Below, in pieces: positions 1-14,109 of a stretch of 64,000 bases of DNA; within the stretch, counting starts at the first letter, position 1; every line of letters begins with the position of its first letter. The position numbers and the translations under genes were made by a program. Below the pieces are notes generated by a model. The model saw only the letters and a program-made list of their open reading frames with translations, was not told the origin of the DNA and did no database searches. The DNA is from Mobula hypostoma (taxonomy: Eukaryota): assembly GCF_963921235.1 (NCBI RefSeq), contig NC_086108.1, forward strand, positions 113,958,001 to 114,022,000, in the 5' to 3' direction.

Positions 1-69
1 CATCAATGCCTTTAATTTCAGAGAAGGCTGAAGACAGCTGGACTATGCACAACCTTGCTCACGTCATTC

Positions 70-615
70 TACAGATGCACAGTAGAGAGCATCCCAACAA
101 GACGCATGGTACAGAAACTGCAATGTGGAAGGCTCTTCAACTGGTAGTCCAAACTGCCCAACACATCGTACGCACCTACCTACTCACTATCAATGATGTA
201 TATAGAAAGGTGCCACAAAAAGGGCCAGTAACATCATGAAGGATCCTACCCACCCTGCTTTGGACTGTTTGTCCCACTCCCTTCAGGGAGGAGGCTACGT
301 AGCACCCACTCCAGGACCATCAGCCTCAAAAACAGTTACTTTCCCCAAGCAGTAAGGCTGATCAACACCGGCACCCACCTGTACCACACCCCCAGCCACC
401 ACTACTTTAACATTTCCTGTCAGTCACCTTATGTACAGACATTCCTGTGCCTGGCTTCACTTTATGGACACACAATAATTCTATGTATATATGCTACCTT
501 ATGTATTTATATCGATTGTGCTTTTTGTGCTGCATCGGATCCAGAGTAACAATTGTTATGTTCTCCTTTACATTTGTGCACTTGTGCACTAAAAATGACA
601 TTAAACCATCTTGAA
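70..615 (+). mobile_element. 3' fragment of a Rex/Babar-like (L2-group) LINE
   Basis: Degenerate LPSGRR...LKNSYFPQAVRLIN C-terminus plus an AT-rich 3' UTR. A homologous copy lies at ~3040-3575. Confidence 0.7.
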
Positions 616-1794
616 TCTCAACTCTGTTTCTCTGCCCATATCTGACTGTATTTTGGGCTTCACTTTGCACTGGTTTTACACTCAACAACTCCAGACATTG
701 CAGGAATCCAGCCCAGAATCTGCAGGCCGTTACAACAGCTCACTGTACCTTGTAGCACCCATGTGGAGGCATTGCGTATATTTAAAGAGGAAGTTGATAA
801 GTCCTTGATTAGTAAGGTTGTGTTGAAGTGTATGGTTTGGCACAGGAAAGGATAGCATCTCTGGTGAAGGGGCTTGTCATGTTTATCCTGGGGCAGCTTG
901 CTCAACTTTGGTCCCACCCGGACACTCAGCTCTCACCTCTGGCTCGAAGTAGCTGTTTGTATGTGACAGTGGCCACACCAGGTGAGGGTACCAGTAGACC
1001 TCATACTCCAGTAAGACAGGGACATGCTTGTCCTAGCATGCAAATTCAGCTCTGGCAGTCTGGGCTGATGAGATCAAAAGTGAGGTCCAATTGCTTGAAA
1101 GGAAGTTCTGCAACACTCCAGGGAGAGCGAAGGACATGGTGAGGCATGGAAATAGTCATGGTCATCCACTGCAACCAAGGAAGACCCCAGTTGTGAGAAA
1201 TACTCATACTACTAGACCCAGACTTCAGATGTCATAACTAGAACCGCCCCAATGCTTTTCCACTTTAAAAACACTCCCACACAAAGTTTCCTGTCATCGT
1301 CCCGATACAACGTACAACCAATAAGTAAAGGTGTCAGAGGATATGGGGAGAAGGAAAGTGATGGGATGACAGGGAAAATAAATAAGCCATGATGGAATGG
1401 CAGAGCAGATTCAGTGGGCTGAACGGCTTAATTCTGCTACCATGTCTTATGTCAAGCCATCATGACCCACAGTGACATGCTCTCTTAGACGGCCATCATC
1501 TGAATCATGCCATCTTCTTGCAGCTACCATTGGGCAGGAGGTATAGAAGCCTTTAGTCCCACATCATTAGGTTCAGGAACAGCTACTTCCCTTCAACCAA
1601 CCAGGAAAATCCTAATTACCGCAATTTAACAACACTATCACTACCTTGTACTAATATATTTTTTTTGGCTCTAATTTTGTTAATTTTTTGTAAAGATTAT
1701 GTGTAATTTACGTTTGTTGTGTGAACACTGCCTGTGATACTGCCACAAGTAAGATTTTCATTGCACCTGTACACATATGTACATGTGACTCCGC

Positions 1795-2046
1795 TATGGA
1801 TGGTCCCAGGCCCGGCTACGAAAGAACAGTTGGATATGGGTCTAGCGACCCTATCTTGTAAAAACCCGGTGCTAGAGAAACACCAATAAAAGCTCCAAAG
1901 ACCTCATCCCTGGGAGAGGAAGGATCATCATTTAGAAGTTAGATTACACCTAGATAAACTTGAAGAAATGGCCCAGGACAGAGGACTCTGGTGAGCTGCC
2001 GTCGTGGCCAATGCCCCAGTAAGGATGATGGGCTTAAGAAGAAGAA
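1795..2046 (+). mobile_element. Short non-autonomous RTE-like element (5' UTR motif fused to 3' tail)
   Basis: GATGGTCCCAGGCCCGG...GTAAAAACCC head and GATGATGGGCTT(AAG)n tail. A second partial copy lies at ~25716-25905. Confidence 0.55.
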
Positions 2047-2254
2047 TATATTAACCACATGTACTTGTGCAGATGACTATAAGCTCAACTTTGACTGAAA
2101 CTGAACATCCAGGAAGCTTTTTTTGAAGTCTTCTTGACACAACATTTCCTTCAATCTAAGTGGATTGTCTTACTATACTTATCCTACCAACATTAACAGC
2201 CCCTCCACTCCAACACTTGCCCCTCAGCATACTTACAAAATGCTAATTTATTTA

Positions 2255-2500
2255 ATTGTATTTTTATTTAGAGATACAGCATAGTATCCGGCCCTTCCAG
2301 CTCAACGAGCCTGTGCCACCTAATTACACCCATGTGACCAATTAACCTATTAACCGGTAAGTCCTTGGAATGTGGGAGGAAACCAGAGCACTGGAAGGAA
2401 CCCCACGCAGTCACAGGAAGAAAGTACAAATTCATTACAGAATTGAACCCAAGTTGCTGAACGCTGCAAAGCATTATGCTAACCTTAAAGCTAACATACC
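2255..2500 (-). mobile_element. V-SINE/HE1-like SINE remnant with CR1-type tail
   Basis: Minus strand has the GTGGGGTTCC...TGCTCTGGTTTCCTCCCACATTCCAAGGAC V-domain-like core. Related copies at ~30405-30545, ~43790-44060 and ~56395-56570. Confidence 0.6.
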
Positions 2501-2600
2501 ACCCTAGCATAATAATTCTGTAATTATGATACAGGCCAGTCTGTATTTAATCTGTACAGTGACATTATAAATGAGGCATTGCAATAGATCATATTCTTAC

Positions 2601-2653
2601 CAGAAGAGCGAGCGTTGCTACAGCACAGAAGGAGAATCTGGTGTCAATTTCAC
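2601..2653 (-). CDS. RABGGTB: RABGGTB coding exon 5, 53 nt, (G)EIDTRFSFCAVATLALL
   Basis: tccattccag|GTGAAATTGACACC...CTTCTG|gtaaga. The phase 1 start completes the Gly codon from exon 4, giving the conserved GEIDTRFSFCA motif. Confidence 0.96.
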
Positions 2654-3039
2654 CTGGAATGGACAAGAATGTTTTCAGTGGCATGAAAAAATATGTTCAA
2701 TCCCTGGTCTTAAGCACAGCAGGGGAAAAAAGAAACTGCTTGTGATTAATGTCCAACTCTTGCTTTAGACAGACAACCTGCCTTTGAAGGAAGTGAATGT
2801 GCACTGAAACCCTGAAAGGGTGAGCGCTGGAGGTGATTCAGATCACAAACATAGTAAAAGGATAATGCTTTGGTTCAGTAATGGTGTGCCTGGTCCTGAG
2901 CAACACTTTATTGGCAGGGGAAAGCCAACGTGCTCATCAGATCAACAGAGTGGGCTAGGAACAGGGAAGCTCATTGCCTGTCCAACATGGTGGGGGCTGC
3001 GACGTGAAGCTGAAGGTATTGACCCATCAACTCAGAGTC

Positions 3040-3575
3040 CTGCAGTAACGATGTGTGGCAGACAGGAAGGCTCTACAATGTGTAGTCAAAACTGACCAAC
3101 GCATTGCCGATACCAGCCTACTCACCATCAAGAACATATACACAGAAAGGTGCCGGAAAAGGGCCAGTAACATCATGGAAGATGACACCCACCATGCTTG
3201 TGAACTGTTTGTCCCACTCCCATCAGGGAGGAGACTATGTAGCATCCACACCAGGACCACCAGACTCAAGAACAGTTACTTTCCCCAGGCAGTGAGGCTG
3301 ATCAACACCTCCACCCACTAACCCACCCCTCCACACCCCAATCACCACTACTTTATCATTTCCTGTCAGTCACCTTATGTACAGACACTCCTGTACGTAG
3401 CGTCACTTTATGGACACACAATCATTTTATATACATAAGCTATCTTATGTGTTTATTTTTTTTTCATATTATTACTGTGTTATTTATCTCCGAGTATTTT
3501 GCATCAGATCCGGACTAACAATTATTTTGTTTTCCTTTACACTTGTGTACAGGAAATGACATTAAACAATCTTGA
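3040..3575 (+). mobile_element. 3' fragment of a Rex/Babar-like LINE
   Basis: ORF 3055..3321 ends PLPSGRRLCSIHTRTTRLKNSYFPQAVRLIN. Its 3' UTR matches the copy at 70-615. Confidence 0.75.
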
Positions 3576-4924
3576 AGAGATTTTAAAAAAAGATCAAAGA
3601 TTCATTTATTATCAAAATACACAACTCTGAAATTCTTCTTCTCCAGATAGCCATGAAACCAAGAAAGAAAAGAATGGCAGCACGATCATCAACCCCCAAA
3701 CCTCTCCTCCCTACGCCAAAAAAAGAACAAAAGAATAGACACACCGACCCCCACAAAAAAATGAGAAAGATCAGGTGAAAAACACAGAACATAATAAAAC
3801 AATAAAACTGAAAAAATGTCTGTAGTGCAAGTCCATATCCAAAATGCAGAAAACCTGGGTAACATTCTCCAGGCACAGTGGCAGGCCTTCCCCTCTCCAG
3901 ATAACTCAAATCTCACGATGACAGCTCAGGGACTGAAAAGAGCTTAATTAAGAGATAAGGATTTTAATACGTGGATTTTAGCATGGTCTTCTGGGAAGGA
4001 AATCTGCCATCCTTTGTGACTCCAGGCTCAGCAATGGAGATGACTTTAACCTGCGCTCACCCATCCATCTTCCCCCTCACCTGGTCTCATCTATCATTTG
4101 TCAGCTTCTACTCCTTCCCCTTGCCCCAACTTATTCTGGCATGAGTTCCTCCAATATTTTGTACGTGTTGCTCATAAATGGAGATGACTCTTACCTGCAC
4201 TCAGTGGGTGACAATAAATCTTAACTTATCAAACCCAACAGTCCCTCTCCCCCATCCTGTATGTACAACCCCTCCCCCCCAGCATCTTACTCTGTCCTCT
4301 CGTCACTTGTTAAATTATTCAATTTGCTGTGGCGTTTTGCCTCCACCAATCTTTCACATTCAAGTTCAAGTTTAACCACAGCCAAATGAAACAGGTCTAG
4401 GCCAAGTCCCCAAGTGTCATGTCCTGTAGATTGATGGTGCATGGATGTTGCTGGCAAGAACAAGCCCACAGCAGTCCACAGACAAACGCAATCCAGCCTG
4501 TCTTCCACCAAGCAAACACTGGAAAGCAGCACCGATGGAAGGGATCAGCCCCCAACCCAGCATGGATGCCATGCTACACTGCCTCTCCTGTGCTCCAAAA
4601 CTGAAGAGCATTCCTGTGTTACTCTTCACGTTAAGAAGAAGCAGAAGTTGTTACAGGAAAACGAAACACGTCAGATTTTAACAAAGCAGTTGCTGGAAAT
4701 CTGAGACAAGACAGACCAGAGAAAGTGCAGTTCCTCAGTGGATAGAGAAAGCCCAAAGCAGTGTTACAGACTGATACCATGACATGAGAGCCAGACAGGT
4801 CTAACACAAACTGGAACTACAGACGAACAAAACAAATGCACAGTATCTCAATTTATACTCGTGTCTAGTTTCATTCTCACTTGTCCAAATGGCAATTATA
4901 TACTGGAACCATCCAACTGCAGCA

Positions 4925-5503
4925 TAGGAGCAGGCACTTCAGCCCTTCTTGCCCACACCGAACTATCGTGCTGCCTAGTCCCATCACCCGTACACAGACC
5001 ACAGCCCTCCATACCCTTCCCATCCCTGTACCCATCGAAACTTCTCTTCAGTGTTGAAATTAAACATGCAGCCAATACATCCACTGGCAGCTTGTTCCAC
5101 ACTCTCACCACTCTCTGAGTGAAGAAGTTCCCCTTAAGTATTTCACCTTTCACCCTTAACCCATGACCTCTAGCTGTTGTCTCATTTAACCTCAGTGGAA
5201 AAAGCCTGCTTGCTTTTACCCTATCTATAGCCCTCATAAATCTGTACAACTCTGTCAAATCTTCCCTCATTCTCCTACGTTCCAGGGAATGAAGTCCTAA
5301 CCGATTCAATCTTTCCCTATAACTCTGGTCCTCAAATCTCAGCAACATCCTTGTACATTTTCTCTGCACTCTTTCAATCTCATTGACACCTTTCCTGTAG
5401 GTAGGTGACCAAAACTGCACACAATACTCCAAAATAGGCCTCACTAATATCTCATACAACTTCAACATAACATCCTAACTCCTGTACTCAGTACTTTGAT
5501 TTA
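4925..5503 (-). mobile_element. CR1 LINE 3' fragment
   Basis: ORF 4896..5468 contains LVRPILEYCVQFWSP...FFTQRVVRVWNKLP, the CR1 ORF2 C-terminus. Confidence 0.9.
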
Positions 5504-6155
5504 TAGTCATAGTCATAGTCATACTTTATTGATCCCGGGGGAAATTGGTTTTTGTTACAGTTGCACCATAAATAATTAAATAGTAATATAACTATAAATA
5601 ATTAAATAGTAATATGTAAATTATGCCAGGAAATAAGTCCAGGACCAGCCTATTGGCTCAGGGTGTCTGACTCTCCAAGGGAGGAGTTGTAAAGTTTGAT
5701 GGCCACAGGCAGGAATGACTTCCTATGACGCTCTGTGCTGCATCTCGGAGGAATGAGTCTCTGGCTGAATGTACTCCTGTGCCCAACCAGTACATTATGT
5801 AGTGGATGAGAGACATTGTCCAAGATGGCATGCAACTTGGACAGCATCCTCTTTTCAGACACCACCGTCAGAGAGTCCAGTTCCATCCCCACAACATCAC
5901 TGGCCTTACAAATGAGTTTGTTAACTCTGTTGGTGTCTGCTACCCTCAGCCTGCTGCCCCAGCACACAACAGCAAACATGATCGCACTGGCCACCACAGA
6001 CTCGTAGAACATCCTCAGCATCGTCCGGCAGATGTTAAAGGACCTCAGTCTCCTCAGGAAATAGAGACGGCTCTGACCCTTCTTGTAGACAGCCTCAGTG
6101 TTCTTTGACCAGTCCAGTTTATTGTCAATTCGTATCCCCAGGTATTTGTAATCCT
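5504..6155 (-). mobile_element. Young Rex1/Babar LINE, 5'-truncated
   Basis: ORF 5650..6021 (MLRMFYESVVASAIMFAVVCWG...). AATAAA followed by an (ATGACT)n tail. Near-identical copies at 41540-42766 and 58019-58660. Confidence 0.85.
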
Positions 6156-6212
6156 GGGGATTATGAAAGCTAATATGCTAAAAGCTCTCTTTAGGAATGT
6201 ACCTACATATTC

Positions 6213-6565
6213 TTAGGGTGGCAGGTTGGAGATGCGTCTCATCGAAGGAGGTAGAAGGCACTCCTTCCCTTTGCTAGCCTGAGGTCATCCTTGGGCAAGA
6301 AGTAGCATTTGCTTCGACTCCTGCCCCCGATTAGGGTCATGTGAAGCCATGGGAGCAGGTGGTGGATGGTCGTATGAGAGTTGGTGACCAATGATAACCT
6401 GGTTTTGCAATCACTGAAGGGTATTGATAATGGCAGGGGTCACCCATTTGTAAAGACACAAGTCAGAAGGCAATGGCAAACCACTTCTGTAGAAAATTTA
6501 CCAAGAGCAATCATGGTCAAGATCATGATCACCCATCTCATACAACACAGCACATAATAAATGAC
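6213..6565 (+). mobile_element. ~350 bp RTE-related SINE-like element with a Bov-A-like motif (other copies ~17680-18048, ~28780-29110)
   Basis: Three dispersed similar copies. This copy has AGAAGGCAATGGCAAACCACTTCTGTAG; the other two end in (ATG)n-type tails. Confidence 0.6.
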
Positions 6566-7199
6566 TGCCTATTCTGTCACTACTTATAGAAACTCAGCCT
6601 CTTTGGAGTAAAGGATGAGAGGTGACTTGATGGAGGAGTACAAGATGATGACAGGCATAGATCAGGTGGAGAGACAGAGACTTTCCTAGGGTGGAAATGG
6701 AAATGAGAAGACATAATTTTAGAGTGATTTGAGGAAAGTATAAGGGGAATGTCGGAGGTAGTGATTGTTTTTTTAAACACAGAGTAGTTGGTCTGTGGAA
6801 CATCCTGTCAGAGGTGGTGGTAGAGGCATATAGATTTAAGAGACTTTTAGACAGGCACATGGATGAAAGGAAAATAGAGCTTTATGTGGGAGGGAAGAGT
6901 TAGATTGATCTAAAAGGTCGGCACACCTTGGGGTGAGAGGCTTATACTGTGCTGTACTTTTCTATGTTCTATAAACATTTGCAACATACTCACATGCAAA
7001 CCAGTCATCTCACATTTAGTCCAGCGATAGGGATGCAGTTATTTACCTGGAGCCTGCTCTGCCATTTACTGGTCGAGACTGACTGCCTGATTTCATTGTC
7101 CCACCAATCCACATCATCTCAGCCTTCAATATACTCAATGACTCAGCATCTAAGCACCCCAAAAGTCTACTGCATAAAGACTACATTTAAAAAAAAGGA

Positions 7200-10095
7200 G
7201 ACACTGCCTAGCGGAGCGGTCATCAACGGAGTGATCTGAGGTAGAGTGGCAGGGCTTTGGCAATAATGGGTTGAGGCGAGGCAAGTTACATGTGAGGAAT
7301 AGAAACAGGAAGTATGTCTGTGAGGCTTGTCTTCTGTACTGGGTGTCAGATGTGGGAAGTCTGGGAGACTCCCAGCCTCCCGGACGGCCACATTGCACCA
7401 GGTGCGTCGAGCTGCAGCTCCTTAGTTATCGGGTTAGGGAACTGGAGATGCAGCTCGATGACTTTCGTCTGGTCAGAGAAAGTGAGGAGGTGACAGATGG
7501 GAGCTACAGGCAGGTGGTCACACCGGGGCCACGGGAGGCAGATCAGTGGGTAACAGTCAGCAGAGGGAAGGACAAGAGTCAGATACTAGAGAGTACCCCA
7601 GTGGCTGTACCATTTGACAATAAGTACTCCTGTTTGAGTACTGTTGGGGGGCGGGGGGGGGCGGCCTATCTGGGGGAAGCAACAGTGGCCGCACCTTTGG
7701 CACAGAGTCTGGCCTTGTGGCTCAGAAGGGTAGGGAAAGGAAGAGGATGGCAGCAGTGATAGGGGACTTTATAGATAGGGGGTCAGACAGGCGATTCTGT
7801 GGACGCAGGAAAGAAACGCAGATGGTAGCTTGCCTCCCAGGTGCCGGGGTCCAGGATGTTTCTGATCGCGTCCACGATATCATGAAGTGGGAAGGTGAAC
7901 AGCCAGAGGTTGTGGTACATATTGGTACCAACAACGTAAGTAGGAAAAGGGAGGAGGTCCTGAAAACAGACTACAGGGAGTTAGGAAAGAAGTTGAGAAG
8001 CAGGACCTCAAAGGTAGTAATCTCTGGATTACTGCCGGTACCACATGACAGTGAGTATAGGAATAGAATGAGGTGGAGGATAAATGCGTGGCTGAGAGAT
8101 TGGAGCAGGGGGCAGGGATTCGGATTTCTGGATCATTGGGACCTCTTTTGGGGCAGGTGTGACCTGTACAAAAAGAACGGGTTACACTTGAATCCGAGGG
8201 GGACCAATATCCTGGCAGGGAGGTTTAGTAAGGCTATTGGGGAAAGTTTAAACTAGAATTGCTGGGGAGTGGGAACGAAACTGAAGAGATGGAGGAAGGA
8301 GCGGTTGGCTCACATATAGAGATAGCTTGGCGGCAGTGCGAGAGGGAGAATAGGCAGGTGATAGAGAAGGCATACATTCAGACCGATGGTTTGAGATGTG
8401 TCTATTTTAATGCAAAAAGCATCATGAACAAAGCAGATGAGCTTAAGGTGTGGATCAATAGTTGGAGCTATGATGTTGTGGCCATTACAAAGACTTGGAT
8501 GGCTCAGGGGCAGGAATGGTTACTTCGAGCGCCAGGCTTTAGATGTTTCAGAAAGGACAGGGAGGGAGGCAAAAGAGGTGTGGGCAAGGCACTGTTGATC
8601 AGAGATAGTGTCACGGCTGCAGAAAAGGAGAAAATCACGGAGGAATTGTCTACTGAGTCTCTGTGGGTTGAAGCTAGAAACAGGAAGGGATCAATAACTC
8701 TTCTGGGAGGTTCCAGATGTTGTTCCTTTATTCAAGAAAGGGAGTAGAGATAGCCCAGAAAATTATAGGTCAGTGAGCCTTACTTCAGCGGTTGGTAAGT
8801 CGATGGAAAAGATCCTGAGAGGCAGGATTTATGAACATTTGGAGAGACATAATATGATTAGGAATAGTCAGCATAGCTTTGTCACAGGCAGGTCGTGCCT
8901 TATGAGCCAGATTGAATTTTTTAAGGACGTGACTAAATACATTGATGAAGGTAGAGCAGTAGGTGTAGTCAGCAAGGCATTTGATAAGGTACCCCATGCA
9001 AGGCTTATTGAGAAAGTAAGGAGGTATGGGATCCAAGGGAATCTTGCTTTATGGATCAAGAACTGGCTTGCCCACAGAAGGCAAAGAGTGGTTGTAGGCG
9101 GGTCATATTCTGCATGGAGGTGGGTGACCAGTGGTGTGCCTCAGGGATCTGTTCTGGAACCCTTTCTCTTCATGATTGTTATAAATGACCTGGATGAGGA
9201 AGTGGAGGGATAGGTTAGTAAATTTGCTGATGACACATAGGTTGGGGTGTTGGAGTAGTGTGGAGGGCTGACAGAGGTTATAGTGGGATATTGATAGGAT
9301 GCAAAGCTGGGCTGAGAAGTGGCAGATGGAGTTCAACCCAGATAAGGTGAGGTGGTTTATTTTGGTAGGTCAAATATGATGGCAGAATATAATATTAATG
9401 GTAAGACTCTTGGCAACATGCAGGATCAGAGGGATCTTGGGGTCCGATCCATAGAATACTCAAAGCTGCTACGCAGGTTGACTCTGTGGTTAAGAAGGCA
9501 TATGATGCATTGGCCTTCATCAGCCGTGGGATCAAGTTTAAGAGCCGAGAGGTAATGTTATAGTTATACAGGACCTTGGTCAGACCCCACTTGGAGTACT
9601 GTGCTGAGTTCTGGTCACCTCACTGCAGGAAGGATGTGGAAACTATAGAAAGGGTGCAGAGGAGATTTACAAGGATGTTGCTTGGATTGGGGAGCATGCC
9701 TTATGAGAATAAGTTGAGTGAACTTGGCCTTTTCTCCTTGGAGTGATGGAGAATGAGAGGTGACCTGATAAGAGTTGTACAAAATGATGAATGCATTGAT
9801 CGTGCGGCTCGTCAGTGGCTTTTTCCTAGGGCTGAAATGGCTAGCACAAGAGGGCACAGTCTTAAGGTGGTTGGAAGTAGGTACAGATAGGTCAGGGGTA
9901 AGTTTTTTTACGTAGAGAGTGGCGAGCGCGTGGAATGGGCTGCCAGCGATGGTGGTGGAGGCGGATACGATAGGGTCTTTTAAGAGACTCCTGGATAGGT
10001 ACATGAAGCTTAGAAAAATAGATAATTTCTAGAGTAAGTACATATTCGGCACAGCATTGGGCCTATATCGTGCTGTAGTTTTTCTATGTTTCTAT
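7200..10095 (+). mobile_element. Near full-length decayed CR1 LINE (ORF1 zinc finger/leucine zipper + SGNH esterase; ORF2 APE endonuclease + RT with an internal deletion near 8710)
   Basis: ORFs 7271..7759, 7717..8256 (VVVHIGTNN, GLHLNPRG), 8259..8747 (YFNAKSI, YDVVAITKTW) and 8773..9213 ([16 protein letters not shown]). Stops and frameshifts present. TTTCTATG tail. Confidence 0.93.
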
Positions 10096-10225
10096 AAGAC
10101 ATTTCTTCTTCTCTGAGCCCTAGAAGACCAATCCCTTAAACCTGTGTCCTATGGATTTTGGTTCTCTGGGAAACAGGCTTTCAGTAACATTTCCCTCCAC
10201 AGTTGCTGCCTCACCCAATGACTTA

Positions 10226-11770
10226 TAGACAACAGGTGCAGGAGTAGGCCATTCGGCCCTTCGAGCCAGCTCCGCCATTCACTGTGATCATGGCTGATCA
10301 TCCACAGTCAGTAACCCGTTCCTGCCTTCTCCCAATATCCCTTGACTCCACTATCTTTAAGAGCTCCATCTAACTCCTTGAAAGCATCCAGAGAATTGGC
10401 GTCCACTGCCTTCTGGGGCAGAGCATTCCACAGATCCACAACTCTCCGGGTGAAAAAGTTTTTCCTCAACTCCGTTGTAAATGGCCTACTCCTTATTCTT
10501 AAACTGTGGCCTCTGGTTCTGGACTCCCCCAACATCGGGAACATGTTTCCTGCCTCTAGCGTGTCCAATCCCGTAATAATCTTATATGTTTCAATCAGAT
10601 CCCCTCTCATCCTTCTAAATTCCACTGTATACAAGCCCAGTCGCTCAAATATTTCAACATATGGCAGTCCCGCCATCCTGGGAATTAACCTCGTGAACCT
10701 ACACTGCACTCCCTCAATAGCAAGAATGTCCTTCCTCAAATTTGGAGACCAAAACTGCACACAATACTCCAGGTGTGGTCTCACCAGGGCCCTGTACAGC
10801 TGCAGAAGGACATCTTTGCTCCTATACTCACTCCCCTTGTTATGAAGGCCAACATGCCATTAGCTTTCTTCACTGCCTGCTGTACCTACATGCTTACTTT
10901 CAGTGACCGATGAACAAGGGCACCTAGATCTCATTGTACTTCCCCTTTTCCTAACTTGACACCATTCAGATAGTAATCTGCCTTCCTGTTCTTGCCACCA
11001 AAGCGGATAACCTCACATTTATCCACATTAAACTGCATCTGCCATGCATCTGCCCACTCACCCAAACTGTCCAAGTCATCCTGCATTATCTCAACATCCT
11101 CATCACATTTCACACTGCCACCCAGCTTTGTGTCATCTGCAAATTTGCTAATGTTACTTTTAATCCCTTCATCTAAATCATTAATGTATATTGTAAACAG
11201 CTGCGGTCCCAGCACCGAGACTTGCGGTACCCCACTAGTCACTGCCTGCCATTCTGAAAGGGGCCCGTTAATCCCTATTTTGTTTCCTGTCTGCCAACCA
11301 ATTTTCTAACCATGTCAGCACCCTACCCCCAATACCATGTGCTCCAATTTTGCCCACTGTGACCTAATCAAAGGCTTTCTGAAAGTCCAGGTACACTACA
11401 TGCACTGGCTCTCCCTTGTCCATTTTCATAGTTACATTCTCAAAAAATTCCAGAAGATTAGTCAAGCATGATGTCCCCTGCGTAAATCCATGCTGACTCG
11501 GACCTATCCTGTTACTGCTATCCAAATATGCCGCTATTTCATCTTTCATAATTGACTCCAGCATCTTCCCCACCACTGATGTCAGGCTAACTGGTCTATA
11601 ATTCCCTGTTTTCTCTCTCCCTCCTTTCTTAAAAAGTGGGATAACATTAGCTACCCTCCAATCCACAGGAACTCATCCTAAATCTACAGAACATTGGAAA
11701 ATGATTACCAATGAATCCACGATTTCTAGAGCCACCTCGTTAAGTACCCTGGAATGCAGACCATCAGGCC
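10226..11770 (-). mobile_element. CR1 LINE ORF2 3' half (RT), decayed
   Basis: ORFs 11364..11666 (GNYRPVSLTS, YLDFQKAFD), 10931..11242 (KFADDTKL) and 10308..10784. Confidence 0.92.
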
Positions 11771-14109
11771 TCCAACTGATTGCCCATTGCTACCAATTCC
11801 AATTCTGCTACCCTTGTGTTTCTACTTTGCTACTGCACTGCAAAGTCCTGCCAAGGCATGTCCACTTCAAAGAATCTTTCCTCTGACATGAATCCTGTAA
11901 GACCCCCTCTCACTACTCCCCCACTGTGATTTCCATTGCCCTCTTTTCTCTTCCACCACACACTCATCACTGGATCCACCTATCCTTTCCCCTCACCCCT
12001 CTGTACCCGCTACCTCCCTTCTTTCCTTTAGTCCCACTGCAGAGGCCAAAGCTGAAGCGTCAACTGAACATTTCCCACCCTGACCTGCTGATGTACTGGA
12101 GCCTTAGGTACCACGCCACCATATCTGGGAAGGAGGCATAGGAGCCTCAGGTCCCACACTACCAGGTTCAGGAACAGTTATTACCCTTCAACCATCAGGC
12201 TCCTGAACCAGCATAGATAAGTTCACTCACCTCAACAATGAACTGATTCTATGGTCTATAGACTCACTTCCAAAGACCCTACAAATCATGTCCTTAGTAT
12301 GAACAAATTACTTATTTTCTATTTATTTATCTATTCATGTCCAGGTTTCTCTTTATTTATTACTATCTATTTTGTATTTGCAGTTTGTCTTTTGCACTTT
12401 GGTTGTCAGTCTTTGTGTGGAGTCTTTCATTGATTCTATTGCATTTAGTCTGAATACCTGCAACCAAATGTATCTCAGGGTTAGATATGGTGACATATAT
12501 ATACTTTAATAATAAATTTACTTTGAACTTTGAGTTCCTTTAGCAGTTTGTTTTCAATAAATCTTACAAATGTACTTTGGTGGGGAAAGCGACTACAGGG
12601 AAGTGACCTTCGTGTGATACCATTACACTTGACTACAACATTAATCAGTTATATGAAACAGCACTGAGATCTGGATTCCTAAACAGAAAACAGACAGTCT
12701 ATCCTTAAGGGTCTTGGGATTCTTTCAACAGTAACATCTGTAAGGGAAGTGGCCAGACTGCATATTTACAAGTACACAAAGTAAAGAGCTGGGCTGGAAA
12801 TGACACGCACCCATTAGCTGAAACATTGCTTGTACTGGCTGGTTACTTGATTTTATTTATTGTTTATTTATTTTATTTGTTGTTTTATAGCATTGAGTAC
12901 GAGAGTTGCGAACTTATTTTCACTGTATTGGTGCATGACAAGTTGTACTATGCAATGACAATAAAGATATTCCAATTTCAATCAACTTCAATTTTTTCAG
13001 AAATAGCATGTGACACTGCAGTTGTCTGACGTTGAGGCAGAGAAAATACTGATTCATGTTTGATTTTAAAGTTTTCTTACGTGTTTTTGAAGCTATTAAT
13101 AGTTTGAGACTAGAGTACATCAGAGAAATCTCATTTGTTTTATAATCCTGCTCGAGCTCTCAGGTCAGAGGGTGGTGAATCTATGGAATTTGTTGCCACG
13201 GGCAGCAGTGGAAGCCAAGTCATTGGGTGTATTTAAGGCAGAGATTGATAGGTATCTGAGTAGCCAGGGCATCAAAGGTTATGGTGAGAAGGCAGGGGAG
13301 TGGGACTAAATAGGAGAAAATGGATCAGCTCATGATAAAATGGCGGAACAGACTCGATGGGCCAAATGGCCTACTTCTGCTCCTTTGTCTTATGGTCTTA
13401 TGGTCTTTTACTGCCAGTCTCTTAAATTTAAATAATTTCCCTCAAAAGATAATTGTCAGGTCAGCTTTTTTTGAATGATGCTCCTAAACTGTGGAATTCA
13501 ATACCCAAAACTATAAGAGATACAAACTCAGATGACACTTTTAAATGCCAGTTCAAAACTTACCTATTTAATCTTGATATTAACAAACATCTGTTTGTCT
13601 TCTATTTTCGAATCTATTTTTATTCTTACATGTTATTTTGATGTTTGCACTTCATCCCAGTGTAAGCACTTTGAACTACATCATCTATTGAGAAGTGTTC
13701 TAAGAATTATTATATTGCATTGCCAATGCTCACACCTATTGATTTTGCCTCACTTTTCACAGTATGACCATAATGAAATAATACCAAATGCTGTTCTGAA
13801 AGTCCTTCAAACAATAGTAAACTGACTCCAGAATGCTGGTAGAGTGGATAACATTGGTGTGAGGTTAGCATTACTTAAAGTTTAAAGTAAATATATGTCA
13901 CCATATTTAACCCTGAGATTATTTTCTTGTGGGCATACTTTAAAAAATCTATAGAATAATAACTATAACAGAATCAATGAAAAAACACCAACCTCAGGCA
14001 TTCAACCGGAGTACAGAAGACAACAAACCATACAAATGCAAAAAAAAGCAATAATAATAAATGAACAAACAATAAATATCGAGAACGTTGAATGAAGAGT
14101 CCTTTAAAG

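Noticed and set aside
7717..8256. 179-aa SGNH esterase-like ORF as a host or domesticated gene
   Set aside because: It is CR1 ORF1 in its normal position before ORF2. The catalytic GDS motif reads GDF and the upstream part is frameshifted.
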